Shown: positions 1 to 16,841, counted from the stretch's first letter. The stretch: DNA of 64,000 nucleotides from Octopus vulgaris (GCA_951406725.2 OX597826.1:73904001-73968000), one strand, 5' to 3'. Notes: generated from the letters alone by a model not told the origin. Program-made: numbers and translations.

Positions 1-439
1 TGAGCACTTCCTAGGCTGATATTTGCAGGATGAAAAAATTCACTGCGGAGAGACTTTTTGAACACCTTGTATTATATGGCATTGTGCCAGGTGCTGTACA
101 ACACTTACATTTACCACAGTGAGGTTTTGTATCATGATTATACGGGTATTTTAAAAATTTTCATTCAATAAATAATGAATTACGTATACATTAATATAAT
201 ACACTGTCGGTTTTCCAAATAGCGAATGAAAACTTAAAAGAGAAAGTGAGAGACTTCGCAAATGAGAATGGAATACTCCGCAGTGAATGCAATAAATGTT
301 TAAATTTGTGAATTGGATGCAGTGAATACGATGAATATTTAAATTTGAGAGAAATTGGAGTTTGAAAAATTTCAAGAAACTTGAGAAATCGATATTATAG
401 GAAATTTCTTAGAATTTGAATTAATAAAAATATTTCCAG

Positions 440-720
440 CCAGTGCTGCCTGACTGGCTCTCGCGCTGATAGCACGTAAAAAGCACCGTTAGAGCATGGT
501 CGATGCCAGCGCCAGCTGACTGGCCCTCGTGCTGGTGGCACGTAAAAAGCACCCAATAACTCTCGGAGTGGTTGGCATTAGGAAGGGCATCCAGCTGTAG
601 AAACACTGCCAGATCAGATTGGAGTCTGGTGCAGCCTTCTGGCTTGCTGGCTCTCAGTCAAACCATCCAACCCATGCCAGCATGGAAAGCAGATGTTAAA
701 CAATGTTGACGATGGTGATG
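440..720 (+). mobile_element. SINE family C copy, (GAT)n-tailed
   Basis: GGCACGTAAAAAGCACCC...GGAAGGGCATCCAGCTGTAGAAAC...CCATGCCAGCATGGAAAG...GATGGTGATG; the same sequence recurs many times in the window. Confidence 0.8.
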
Positions 721-1119
721 ACTTCTCATTTGGAAGTTATAGATATAGAGTGGAGGCACGTGGCCGAGTAGCCTGAGTGTTGCATTTACAATAAAAAATC
801 ATGGTTTCAATTCCTAAGCAGTTGATGCCTTATGTTCTTGTGCTAAACTCCAATCCACTTAGCTGCAAATAAGTAACCCAGTGGCAGACTGCTGGCATTC
901 TGTTCAAGGGCATTGTGACCAGTGGTGTATAACAACATTTGATAGTCTGATTGCTTCTCTGATGTATATATGTTCATTTGACCAGTTAGTCAGTTGATAA
1001 AAATTGGTTCATAAATGCAGCCAAATGTATATTTGAAACAGCTGTAAGCTATAATAAATAATGTATATAACCTATTATTTCTGTCTATTCTATATATATA
1101 TATATGTGTGTGTGTGTGT

Positions 1120-1274
1120 AGGAGTAGCTGTGTGGTAAGTAGCTTGCTTACCAACCCCATTTCCAGGTTCAGTTCCACTGCCTGGCACTTTTGGCGAGTG
1201 TCTTGTACTATAACTTCGGGCCAACCAAAACCTTGTGAGTGGATTTGGTAGACGGAGACCAAAAGGAGCCTGTC
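1120..1274 (+). mobile_element. SINE family A, tRNA-like head only
   Basis: GGAGTAGCTGTGTGGTAAGTAGCTTGCTTACCAACC...GGTTCAGTTCC with A/B-box-like motifs, ending in (TA)n. Confidence 0.8.
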
Positions 1275-1470
1275 ATATATATATATATATATATACATGC
1301 ACACACACACACTCATGTGTGTGTGTTTGTTTCTCTGAATAAAAACTTGTGGTTGTGTTTGAAATGATCCTCTACAGTTTGATTGTAAATGTCACAATGT
1401 TAAACTGTTTTTTGAAGAATGCAGTGAAGTGGAAGTTATTACATTACTTCAATGTTTCTCTTTTCCTCAG

Positions 1471-1941
1471 TATCCAAATCTCACCCATGATCAGTTCCAA
1501 ATGAAAGTTCATGAAGTCATGCGAGCCCAAATAAATCAACAAATAGACATGCAGCAAAGACAGGTAAGGCAAAGCACGATTCCCTCCAAGATAATCAATG
1601 CATTTGTATCGATGAATACCTGCTGTAATTACTGTCAGTGTTGTATGTTATCGGTTGTTGTAACTAATGTCTTGTTGTTTTCTGGTGAATTGCAGGTCCA
1701 GGAACAGTTGAAGAGAGAAATGGCCAGAAACAGACAGATGAAGGCTCAAATAGCCCGTCAGTTTGATCAATATCAATCTCCACAAAGAATGATTTCACCT
1801 ATGGTTCATGGTGCCAATATGATGCCAACACAGGGAGGGTCAATGGCTGGAGAAGCTGGAGTCCAGAATTCTGCTTCGGCAACTGCCAACCATCAACTGA
1901 TGAATATGCTTCAGCAGGGTAGCGTCCCTGGGTCTCAATAA
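1471..1941 (+). CDS. Last two coding exons (1471-1563, 1696-1941) of an unidentified Gln/Met-rich protein; upstream exons not identified (probably before the window)
   Basis: Acceptor ttttcctcag|TAT at 1470, donor CAG|gtaagg at 1564, acceptor ttgcag|GTC at 1695, stop TAA at 1939-1941. Translation YPNLTHDQFQMKVHEVMRAQINQQIDMQQRQ/VQEQLKREMARNRQMKAQ...QQGSVPGSQ. Followed by about 2.1 kb without the usual SINEs and an AATAAA near 4103. Confidence 0.75.
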   Translation, partial: YPNLTHDQFQMKVHEVMRAQINQQIDMQQRQVRQSTIPSKIINAFVSMNTCCNYCQCCMLSVVVTNVLLFSGELQVQEQLKREMARNRQMKAQIARQFDQYQSPQRMISPMVHGANMMPTQGGSMAGEAGVQNSASATANHQLMNMLQQGSVPGSQ

Positions 1942-4125
1942 ACAAGATTTAGGTGGGGATTAGAGAATCAGCTCTTGCTTTCTTCCCCCCGCAAGTTGAA
2001 GCAAATATCTTCAGTTTGTCGCAATCCTCCATTAATTGGTGGCATTGATGATTCCATCATTTCACATATAGTTTTTAACCATGTTTTCTTCAATGTCAAA
2101 AAAACCCAATCTTGCTCCACATTGCTTTGCATTTGTCTTATGTACGTGTGACATCCACAAATGCTTAGCGTGTGGCAGGTTGGAACACTGACCAAATTTA
2201 ATATCAATGGAAGTTCACTGAAAGGTGTACCAAAAAGAAAAGAAAAAACCTCAGTATAAACTCACCTACTTCCATGGCGTTTCTGCTCTACTCTTTGTTA
2301 CCCCATGATAGAGTAGCGCTGATTTAGGAGTACCGTAACCAAAACACTGATAACAAGGAGAGAATATCCTACTTTTGCTTCTTCCATCTCATAACGCTTT
2401 TACGTTAGTTTATTTTTTTATAGTTGACTTTTTCTCCCCCACCCCAACTTACATTAAATTTATTTTTTAAAACACCATTTTCACTGTTTTATATGAGATT
2501 ACATAACAGTTGTAGTTTCTAAGTCAGTTTGTCCCCTTTTAACTATCCTCCTCACAAATCATCTTTTTGCGAGTTTCTTCCTTGTTTTCACATTTTGGTC
2601 ATCTTGTGATGGGTATAGTGGAGGTCGGTTAACCCGTCTCTGCTACCCCATCACTTCTCAGATACTCTTTGGCTTTGAAGAAAGACATAAAAAAAAAGAA
2701 GGTAAAAAAATTAAGGTACATTCTTGTGTTATTTGCTCCTCCCCAGCGAGGAGAAAGATTGAATTGTTTGGCCATGAATCTCCTCCCTTTGCTTTGTGAC
2801 GGTGTTTTACTTATGCTGGCGACATTCATGAACATTAATTATCTTCTCGGTTTATGCTGGAAACATTCATGAACGTAAACATAATTATTTAAAAGAAAAA
2901 AAAAAAAAGGAAATTATAATGGACTTATTGGGGATACACTCACCCTCATCACAAGGAAAGTAATAATTAATTATATTGCAGCATCAAGGATTTATTCATT
3001 AAATTACTAAACTCTTCATCAAGAGACCATCGTGAATTTCCCTTGTATAAAATAATCCCGCTGTGACATTTTTGAAGGACCACTCAGCTTGTAATGCCAC
3101 TTTTTAAACAAACTGACTGAGATTAGCTAACAATCACAACATCATGCCTAAACCAGCATGTGTTGAACATTTTTTCAATTAGTTTTGTGTGTACAAATCT
3201 TCCTTAATCTGATGAAGAGGACATTAAAAAAAAACAGAAAAGACAGTGGAACACTTCTTTGTCAATATTTGTTCACCATTTCCCCCCTTGAATTTAATGA
3301 AAAACCAATTTTCATCATCAAAGGGTTTGTCTTTTATTTCCTTTCATTGCCTGATTCCTCGAATTGGAAGTTTGTAATATGTACTGAGTGACTGACTTAG
3401 TATTAATTAGACACACTCACACTAAATTGCCACACAGGGCTTCTTTTACACAATACTGTTTGCTTTTCAAGCCATCTTCTCTTTTAACCTAGAGATTATT
3501 TTTCTTAAAAACATTTCTGGTTATATTTTAAATGTCTCGCCATCCTCTTCTCTCCAGGACAAGTCTTAACACACTACAGACTTTTCCCACCTGGAGTATC
3601 TCATCACCCCCACCACACCCCCACATAAGTAATATCCATGTATTTTTTAACTTTGTTTATAGTCTCAATACTTAAATGGTCCATTATTTATGAACATTTT
3701 GGAGATTCTAGTTTTGTCAAAGCAGTCAAACTTGCTAATATTTCACTTTGAGCTGACCCAATTGTTTTCACTCCATTGTAGATATTTCTACTGCTGGGCC
3801 TCATTCGTTACAGCAGTAGTGTTTACAGTTGGGTTAGCTTTGTACTGCTTCTGTATACTGTGCAGGTTGTTGGGTGTGAGCCTTTGGTTGGACCCATTCC
3901 AGCACAAAGATGGCAGTTCCCATAGAGCCAGCCAGCCAGCCAACCAGGCAGAAACATAGAATCTATTTGGAAGCTGTTTGGAGAAATGAAAGCGAGAGAA
4001 AATACAGAATAAAATATTAGTTTTTTTTTTTTTTTTAAATCTAGCTTTTGACTAAAGAAAACTTGTTCTTTAATTTCTGTTGTCATTTTGTATAACATTG
4101 GTAATAAAAAAAAAAGTTTGTCCTG
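1942..4125 (+). other. Probable long 3' UTR of the upstream gene
   Basis: No recognisable SINE or MITE over 2.1 kb in an otherwise repeat-saturated window; U/A-rich tracts; AATAAA near 4103. Confidence 0.45.
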
Positions 4126-4633
4126 ATCCTGAATTGTTAGTGGAATTGTATCAAGAAAACCTAATTCTGATGGCGACTGGGATATTTTAATACAGTGCAC
4201 AGTCATTAAATACATAACAAATCTGTTATATGCATATATATATGTGTGTGTGTATATATATTTATGTACATACATATGTATATATAATATTTAAATTTAG
4301 ATTTGGCTGGTCAGTTTAAGGTGATGGCAAAAGAAGAGCATGACAGCTTTCCACCAAAATCTCATCTCATCTTAGATGCCAACTAGATTTATGATGACAG
4401 TGCTGATTCCGCTTGAGTCCTCGGCCACCTCCTGACTCAGTGGGAAGATACTTCTGTTGAGTGAACAGCTGGAATATCCGTCCAGTGGAACCAACAGACG
4501 AGGACCTGTTTACTTTATATCATTGTTTTTCTTCTGCTTTTCCTTTGTTGAGATGGGTTGGATGAGTCTATATGTTCTGTATCATCTTGCATGCAACAAC
4601 AGGTGGGTGGGGACCCAACCAGCTTTGTTTTTG

Positions 4634-4850
4634 CTGCCAGAATCGTTAGCACGCTGGGCGAAATGCTTTGTGGTATTTCATCTGCCGCTACATTCTGAGT
4701 TCAAATTCCGCCGAGGTCGACTTTGCCTTTCATCCTTTCGGGGTCAATTAAATAAGTACCAGTTACACACTGAGGTCAATGTAATCGACTTAATCTGTTT
4801 GTCTGTCCCCTCTGTGTTTAGACCCTTGTGGGTAATAAAGAAATAGGTAT
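4634..4850 (+). mobile_element. SINE family B copy
   Basis: AGAATCGTTAGCACGCTGGGCGAAATGC...GAGTTCAAATTCCGCCGAGGTCGACTTTGCC...TAATAAAGAAATAGG, matching the copies at 38241 and 49993. Confidence 0.8.
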
Positions 4851-5002
4851 TGCTGCCAGCACATGAGCGGTTATCCAATTATGCAACGAAGCTCAATCCA
4901 TTTCTTTCTAACCTGTTCCTAGCTCTGTGATAGAAAATTTCCTATTTTAAAGCTTTTTGTTTAAAATTTCGTGTCAGTTTACATGCCAACAACCAGCTTA
5001 AA

Positions 5003-5220
5003 ACCCTTTAGCATTTGGATTATTCTATCAATTGAAATTATTCACATTGTCTTGAATTAATTGTAGATTATCTTGTAGCTTTGAGATTTCGATAATGTGA
5101 TCGTCTATTTTTAGCATGACATTATTGGGTAGGTATGATGGGCCAGATCCAGCCTGATTAAACATAAAACAGGTAGAATATTTGGGCTGGTTATGGCCTG
5201 TTTAAATGCCAAAGGGTTAA
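5003..5220. mobile_element. piggyBac-like MITE (CCCTTT...AAAGGG ends, TTAA at the right end)
   Basis: ACCCTTTAGCATTT at the left end, AAATGCCAAAGGGTTAA at the right end; related copies at 33601-33830 and 51570-52209. Confidence 0.6.
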
Positions 5221-5794
5221 TGATAATTATTTTGCTAAAGAAAATGGTTACAGGCTTGTGTGCTCTGTATCAGTTCTTATTTGGAGCAATTGTTCTTGGT
5301 GTGTTTTCTGTGATGTGACTTGTGGAGTCTTCAATTTGCTCAAGTTATTAATTGAATGTCGTCTTCTAGCTTTGTATGTCTCCTCCGTTTATCCTGTCTT
5401 CTTGCCATTCCTTCCTTCCATACAACAACATATTACTTCTCACTGCTGGCAATTAAGCTGATTGCTCCCTAAGAAGCCTCATCACTCTGCACTGTCTCTC
5501 ATTGTTCTATCCTCTGTGGCATAGTTTTTTTTCTTCAGCTGGATGCTGTACATCACACACATACACATGAATTGAAAGAAAATGAAGCAGTAAGACCTCT
5601 TCATCCATTGATCCAAACTGGTACAGTTTTCACCCTGAGGATGCTCTTCCTGTCACCAAACACTCCGGGGTAAGCCAGGTGCCTTATATTGTACTGCCAG
5701 TATTTAAAATCTAAATTTATTTTCATGGCAACTGCTCTCTTAGTTGGTTGTTTCCATTGTGGTGTTCATGTTTTCTCAGGGCTACAGACTAGAT

Positions 5795-6102
5795 CAATGG
5801 TTCCCAACGTGGGGTCTGCGAACTGAATTCAAAATTTCATATATATATTTATACACACATAAGTATAAGCATATTGAAAGGGGTCCATGGGAATCATCAT
5901 CATCGTTTGACGTCCGTTTTCCATGCTAGCATGGGTTGGACGGTTCGACCGGGGTCTGGGAAGCCCAAAGGCTGCATCAGGCTCCAGTTTCTACAGCTGG
6001 ATGCCCTTCTTAGCGCCAACCACTCCATGAGTGTAGTGGGTGCTTTTTACGTACTACCGGCACATGGAAAACTCATTTAAATAGAAGACTTGGGAACCAC
6101 TG
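5795..6102. mobile_element. hAT/Charlie-like MITE with a nested SINE C fragment (about 5894-6066)
   Basis: TIRs CAATGGTTCCCAA / TTGGGAACCACTG; 8-bp TSD GACTAGAT (5787-5794) / GACTAGAA (6103-6110). Confidence 0.7.
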
Positions 6103-7624
6103 GACTAGAAGTTTATATCTATTTGTACAACTAGGGTTGTCATAGTGGCCATCCTTGTAGACCAGTTGCCTTCATTGTGGATGAATATATTAATCTGCTA
6201 TATAATATATACAGCCTAAATGGATATATGCAAGCACAGCGGTGTGGCTAAAAGGTTTGCTTTTTGCCTTGGTTTTGAGTTCACTCCTGTGTGGTACCTT
6301 GGGCAAGTGTCTTCTACCATTGCATTGTGAGATGATTTGGTTGATGGAAACTGAAAGAAGCCTGTCGTGTATATACGTATGCGCATGTCTCCTTGTCTTG
6401 ACATTGCATGGTAGTTGTAAAACCAATTGCAGAACTCAATTTTCAGTCTGCTTCATTGAAAACTGAGATCTGAGTCAGTCTTTAAACACATTTCATCTTA
6501 AAAAATTGCATAACACAGTCATGGGTGTGTGGTAAGAAGCTTGCTTTCCAACCACACGGTTCTAGGTTCAGTCCCGTTGCATGGCACCTTGGTCAAGTGT
6601 CTTCTACTGTAGTCTCTGGTCGGCCAAACGCCTTGTAAGTTGAATTGGTAGACAGAAACTGAAAGAAGTCTGTCGTATATATTCTTATACTTGTTTCAGT
6701 CATTCGACTGCGGGGAGCCATGCTGGAGCACTGCTAATAATATTCAAGTACACAATATCTGGACCTTTGATTTTAATAAGAAATGGTAAGGAAGTCAAGG
6801 GAGAGCTGTGCAGCAGATATTCGAAGGAACCCCTCATCTCCACACCTGCAAGCTCCTTGAGTCCTTAGATTTTAAGGGGCCAAGTAGCATCCAGGTCATG
6901 ACTCCTGGATACTCTCTATTTGCATTGCAACCAACACCACAAGTGATTAAGGTACCTCAGTCGAAGCACCCTTGGGTGTTGTAACCAGTTCAGTGTAACA
7001 CACCAGTTGACTGTAGGGTAGGTGAATTATGTCTTCTGAATTTCACTTATAGCTTCTGCCATGCTTTGAGCTCTGGGTCTCTTTCTCCCCAAAATTGAGA
7101 GCTACTTTTCTGGAATTAACTGTAGACTTGCCCACAAACCTTCTCACACCCTGATTTGGAAGCCAGATTCTCTCTGATTACTAAACTGCCATATTTCTCA
7201 ACCTAGTAGATGTGAACTTCCACCATTCTGGTTTCATATGGAAGCAAGTTCAATCTGAATCCCAATGTCTAGGTCTTGTTGATGTCAGAGTGATAAACCC
7301 CACCACCACTTCCATTGATCTGCTCTGGGCCATTGACTTTGAAAATAACATATCTATGATTATAATTCTTTCTGCTATAGGCACAAGGGGTCCGAAATTT
7401 TGGGTGGGGACTAGCCAATTACACCAAACCCAGTGCTCAGCTGGTATTTGTTTTATACCACAAAAGCAGAGTCAACCATGCTAGAATTTGTGTACAGAAG
7501 AAAAAGACGGATGAAATGTTGCTCATCATTTTGTTTGATGTGATAACGATTCTGCCAGCTCAACTTTTTATCTCTGATTACAATGAATGTATGTACACAC
7601 AAATACCACTTTTATTTGCTTGTA

Positions 7625-8033
7625 AGGCAGTGAGCTGGTAGAAATGTTAGCATGCTGAGCAAAATACTTACCGGTATTTCGTCTGTCGCTATGCTCTGAG
7701 TTCAAATTCTGCCAAGGTCAACTTTGCCTTTCATCCTTATGGGGTCAATAAATTAAGTATCAGTTGTGGACTGTGATTGATCTAATTGACTGGCTCCCTC
7801 TCCACAAATTTCAGGCCCTGTGCTTAGAGTAGAAAAGAAACATGAGCACACCGGGTGAAATGCTTAGCCGTATTTTGTTTGCTGTTATATTCTGAGTTCA
7901 AATTCCGCCAAGGTCGACTTTGCCTTTCATCCTTTCAGGGTTGATAAATTAAGTACCAGTAGCATACTGAGGTCAATCTAATCAACTGGCTCCCTCCCCC
8001 AAAATTTCAAGGCCGTGCCTAGAGTAGAAAAGA
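7625..8033 (+). mobile_element. Tandem pair of SINE family B copies
   Basis: Two successive GAGTTCAAATT...CCTTTCATCC...AGAGTAGAAAAG units. Confidence 0.75.
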
Positions 8034-8526
8034 ATCTGCTTGTATCTCCACTTCTAATACCAACAATACCATCACACTATATTCCAGTGCACTTCACTGG
8101 CCAGATCCAGCCTTACACCTACCATTACAATATCACTCTGAAAATGAGCAATCACATCATCAAAATCTTGAAATTAAAAGATAATGCATGATTCATTTGA
8201 AACTGAATAAATAAAACATTACATTTGACAAAGTAATCATCATCGTTTAACATCCGTTTTCCATGCTGGCATGGGTTGGATGGTTCAACCGGGGTCTTGG
8301 AAGCCAGGTGTCTGCACCAGGCCCCAATCTGATCTGGCAGTGTATCTACAGCTTGATGCCCTTCCTAATGTCAACTACTCTGAGAGTGTAGTGGGTTCTT
8401 TTCATGTGCCACTGGCATGGGGGCCAGACAAAGCTGGCATTGACCACGATTGGATGGTGCTTTTTATGTGCTACCAGCATAGAGATTCCAAAGCATAAAA
8501 CAGAGATAAATCTGTCGTATATATTC

Positions 8527-10382
8527 TTATACTTGTCAGCCATTTGACTGTGGGTAGCTATGGTGGAGCACTGCCTTTAGTTAAACAAATCGACTCCAGG
8601 ACTTATTCTTTGTAAGTCTAGTAGTCTATCAGTCTCTCGTGCCAATCCACTAAGTCACAGGGACATAAACGTACCAACATTGGTTATGAAGCGATGGTGG
8701 GAAGACAAGACACACTTGCAGTTTCCGTCTACCAAATCCACTCATGTCTTTAATTGGCTATAGTAGAAGACACTTGCCCTAGGTGCCATGCAGTGGGATT
8801 GAACCTGGAACCATGTGGTTGAGAAGCAAGCTTCTTTATTTCAATTCATTTAATTGGCTATAAAAGCTGTACACAGAGGTAGTAGCTGCAGGCTGGACAC
8901 AGACACAATGATGATGGAATGAAAGAAATGGTTGGTGGGAGAAGCAAACAATGCCTGCTGACTGTTGCATTCTTGAAAACATTGTTCTCCTTTTTTTTAA
9001 CAATAAAACAAAATGAGGTGCTGAACCTCTTACCTTACAAATTGAGGCACTAAGACTTCTTATCTTTCCTCTTCGACCAGGCTATATGCCTCCCGCAGGC
9101 AATCCTGCAGTTCCAAATCAGGGCTCCAGAAGGAAAACCTGTATTGGTTCTTGGGAAAGGAGTCCATTACATTGAACATTTCCTCTGTTATGACTGCCGC
9201 AGTTAAATGGAGGCTAATCTGGGTCTTCAGTCCATGACGGCCCCCTCCCTTATGAAAGAATATCACAAAATTCTCCCTCATCACACTGGGTGGGGCCACA
9301 GTTTCCTCCGTCAGTGGTACAATTCCCACTGATGCGGTTTCAGGACATGCCGGCAATGTCCCATTCTTCGTTTTTTTTCATCCCTTATGTTATGTGAGGG
9401 TGTCATTCCTCAACTTTATCCGGAGGATCTTCCCTCCCTCCCACAGCTTTGGGGTCTTTCAGTGGGCAACCATTGTTGCCCAGCTTCTTCCTTTTTTCTA
9501 GGTGGGGCACTACTTTTATTAAGTGCTGAAGGACTCTACTTTGGTCCTGGGGACTACTTAATATGGCCCAATTCCAGGCACAGGTGACACTTGGGATGCC
9601 GTCCCTCAAGTATCACTGGGTACCTGCAAACTTCATTTTCAGAAAATTTGGAAATACCAGATCTTTAGCAGCTGACTGGGTCCATAAGGTCCAAACTGCT
9701 TTTGACCCCACCCAATCAGCTGCCGGCAAGAATTTCACATGTAAAAGCTTGGGCCTGCTGCCACCCAGATCCCGGCGGATAGTATCCTCTGTCCATTCTA
9801 GTTCAATGCCTGGTGGCAGCCCATAGACCCAAGCTCGTCAATTTCTTCCCACAATATGTGGGAAGAAACAGAATCATTTTCTTTGCCATGCTTTGAAAAG
9901 ATCAGAAAAAACAAAAGTCCAAAGTCAAAAGACAGTTTGAAGGAAGACAAAGCAGAGCAGAAAGACAGGAAGAGAAAAAGAAACACAATTCCGGCCACCT
10001 GGTACTCCAAAAATTAAACAGGATCACAGCAGCAGGAACATAACTTCAAAAAAATCTGCCAGAAAGTGGTAGATTTTTTTATCCAAAAAATTTCACAATT
10101 TTTGGAGGCAGAATATGGCCCGCAAAACAACACAATTCTCACAATTACAGTGCAACTATAGGTAGACAAATGCCTTGGAACTCAGTAGGGATTTCTTGTT
10201 CGAAAGAAAAATGGACAAACCCCCAAATCAAATGTCTTGAAAACAAATGTCTTACTTTATAGTTGCACCTTCAAAGTTCTTCAATTCAAGAGCACTCCAA
10301 CGCAATGTCTTGACAATACCAAAGCAGAAGTAAAAACTAACACGCGTGCATAAGCTTCTTACCACACAGCCACTCCTGCACC
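8527..10382 (-). mobile_element. SINE family A copy split by a 1.5-kb insertion (body 8527-8836, head 10352-10382)
   Basis: ...GGTTGAGAAGCAAGCTTCTT (8836) resumes as AAGCTTCTTACCACACAGCCACTCCTGCACC (10352-10382), the reverse complement of the SINE A head. Confidence 0.8.
8837..10351 (-). mobile_element. Degenerate ORF1-only L1/Tx1-like non-LTR element (HAL1-like)
   Basis: 9-bp TSD AAGCTTCTT at 8828-8836 and 10352-10360. The minus strand encodes frameshifted ORF1-like pieces ILFLPTYCGKK..GLPPGIELEW and a gag-type knuckle PVILEGRHPKCHLCLELGHIK (about 9557-9620). The 3' end is ...AATGAATTGAAATAAA. No EN or RT sequence seen. Confidence 0.65.
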
Positions 10383-12355
10383 TATATATATATATGTGTG
10401 TGTGTGTTTACATTCCTGTAAACCTGGTAATTTGCCAAAAGAAACTGATGAAATAAATGCCAGGTATTTTTTCCAACTAAAACTCAAGGCAGTACCCCCA
10501 GCATGGCCATAGTCTAATGACTGAAACAAGTTCAATGTTTTAGTGGGACAACAAACAAAAAGAGAACACTACTAAATTGCTTGTGGAGACAATCAGACAA
10601 GAATTATACCGAGAATGGTTAGCTTTTTGTTTTGTGGTAGAGATATGAGAATAGTTGAAAGGAAAGCAGAAAGTTTGAGTAGCAAGCGGTCATGGTGGTA
10701 GCGTTGATACTGAGACAGAGGGGGAAAACTTATATTTAATGAGTGTGTTTCATGCTAGTTCGACCAGAACTGCAGCAGGTGCCTAGCTGTTTAATCACAT
10801 AAGAGCAGGTGTGGCTTGTGTTCAGCCCCAGTGTCTCTCTTTTCCTTGAGAGACATCATCACACATGATGCTCTTTGTTTCCAATCTTCTGTAAAATGTC
10901 TCATTATGAAGTATTACCTTGGTGGGGGTTGCATGGCTCAGTGGTTATGGTATTGGTCTTAATGACTGCAATGGTGGTTTCAATTCCTGGACCAGTCTTT
11001 GCATAATGTTCTTGAATACATTTCATGTTGCTCCAACCCACTCAGCTGGTAAAAACAAGTAATTCCACAAGGGATAGGTATCCTGCCCAGGGAGGAATAT
11101 ATAGGCCAGAGAAATCTGGTCTTATGCTCCCTACAGATTGTGGACTAGCCATTACTCTGAAATGGGTGAGAGTTGATAAAAGGGCATCCAACCATAGAAA
11201 ATCCACTTTAACAAATACAGTTCTGACCCCTTCAAACAGAAATGGATATAAAAAAAAAACAGGACAATATAAGGATTCATTTAGTGAGAATAGTTGTAGT
11301 GGGGTTGGCTAGAATTGGCCAACCCATGGCAGCATGGATAACAGACGTTAAATGATAAATATGATAGTGAAAATAAATACAAGACTTTATATTTAGAAAG
11401 CACCCTGGAAGATATCACTTAATGTCCGTTTTCCATACTATCATGGATTGGAGAGTCTGACAAATGTCCATACTACAACTATCTCTTGTGCCATGGTTTC
11501 TACAGTTGGATAGAAGTGCATTTCCTGTGGATGTAATTGTTATCTGGTAGACAACAACGATAACCTAGACACTATCTGCATGAATTTCAATATTTATAGC
11601 TTCAATAAAGCTTTTGTTTTGTTATCAAGTCAAATATGAAAACCTTGAAAAGTCAGCTGATGCTTCCATTCATCCATGTTTTCCACCTCTATTGGAAGTA
11701 GTGACCCAACCCGAAGACTCCCTGATCTCTGAGCCACACACCATCGATTAACCAGACTCTAGTGATTCTTTGCAGGAACCCTATTTTGGCTGCTTGTATT
11801 CAAAATCGTACTCTTTCGGTCATTGCCCAGTGACCATAAGAAGTGTGAAAACCTAGTATTGGCAATGCATCAGGAAACCATGGGTCAAAGATGAAGAACG
11901 ATTGCAGGCCAGCAAATTAGGATGGGAGAGTCAGAGAGCAAGGGAGTGAAATAGGGAACTAAGATGAAGAGCACACTAAATGAATGAATGAAGCAACCAA
12001 CTTTGATCCAAAGTCATTTCTAACAAACACTGGTGGCACATTAACTTACAATGATCAAGGGAATATTAATGCCATTGTGCAATTTGAAATTCTCAGTGCA
12101 TTAAATCATGCAAGCTATTTCAGCAGTTCTTGGTTGATGCACCAAAGTTTGAAGGATGTCACCATTTTATAAGAAACAACAACTGAACTGAAAACTGGTC
12201 TTCTTTCAATAGCCTCATCAATCACTCAAACACCATCTACTGTAGCCCATGGCCAACCATTGTTTTGTTATCCAGTGTTGGTTTGTTTCCATTCCTGTAA
12301 CTTAGCAGTTCTGCATAATAGACCGATTGGAAAAGTACCAAACTTAAAATATATA

Positions 12356-12520
12356 GGCGCAGGAGTGGCTGTGTGGTAAGTAGCTTCTTTACCAACCACA
12401 TGGTTCCAGGTTCAGTCCCACTGTGTGACACCTTGGGCAAGTGTCTTCTACTATAGCCTCGGGCCGACCAATGCCTTTTGAGTGGATTTGGTAGACGGAA
12501 ACTGAAAGAAGCCCATCGTA

Positions 12521-12558
<38 letters not shown>

Positions 12559-12754
12559 TGTGCGTGTTTGTCCCCCTAGCATTGCTTGACAACCGATGCT
12601 GGTGTGTTTATGTCCCCGTTACTTAGCGGTTCGGCAAAACAGACCGATAGAATAAGTACTGGGCTTACAAAAGAATAAGTCCTGGGGTCGAGTTGCTCGA
12701 TTAAAGGCGGTGCTCCAGCATGGCCGCAGTCAAATGACTGAAACAAGTAAAAGA
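12356..12754 (+). mobile_element. SINE family A, full length
   Basis: GGCGCAGGAGTGGCTGTGTGGTAAG head, internal (TA)n, tail ...CAGCATGGCCGCAGTCAAATGACTGAAACAAGTAAAAGA. Confidence 0.88.
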
Positions 12755-12824
12755 AAGATATAGAGCCAAGAGGAAAAAACAAAAGTTCAATGACATGGAA
12801 TTGTCACACAAACAACAGAAGACA

Positions 12825-12879
12825 TTTCAAACTCTTCCAAATCGTTTATTTGTCCACAAAATCAGCTATTAGAGCCCAC
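12825..12879 (-). other. RPS3: Non-coding terminal exon of RPS3 with poly(A) signal
   Basis: Donor gtcagt 2 nt after the stop (12979), acceptor ctcttccag at 12880, AATAAA at 12845-12850 on the minus strand. Confidence 0.8.
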
Positions 12880-12981
12880 CTGGAAGAGAGAAGAAATACA
12901 CATCAGTCACAATATTGTGATGAATGTCAGAAAATACGAATGAGAAGATAAAAGTAAAGAAGGAAATGAAGAGACTGACTT

Positions 12982-16786
<3,805 letters not shown>

Positions 16787-16841
16787 CTTTAATGTAAAGA
16801 CTAAAAAGACCTAGCCTCGCATTGAATGTCACTTCCTGTTT
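16787..16841 (-). promoter_or_regulatory. RPS3 core promoter: TCT initiator/5' TOP plus ETS-type site
   Basis: Minus strand GGTC(+1)TTTTTAGTCTTT with the C at 16808, 22 nt before the ATG, and ACAGGAAGT at 16831-16839. Both are typical of ribosomal protein gene promoters. Confidence 0.75.

Noticed and set aside
2811-2875. Short direct repeat TTATGCTGG..ACATTCATGAAC twice in the 3' UTR
   Set aside because: Two copies only; consistent with simple slippage duplication.
6780-7335. Possible LINE endonuclease remnant (GGGV motif, minus strand)
   Set aside because: Only one weak motif and no continuous frame.
12356-12430. tRNA-like sequences at SINE A and B heads
   Set aside because: A/B boxes are present but they continue into SINE bodies and do not form full cloverleaves; not tRNA genes.
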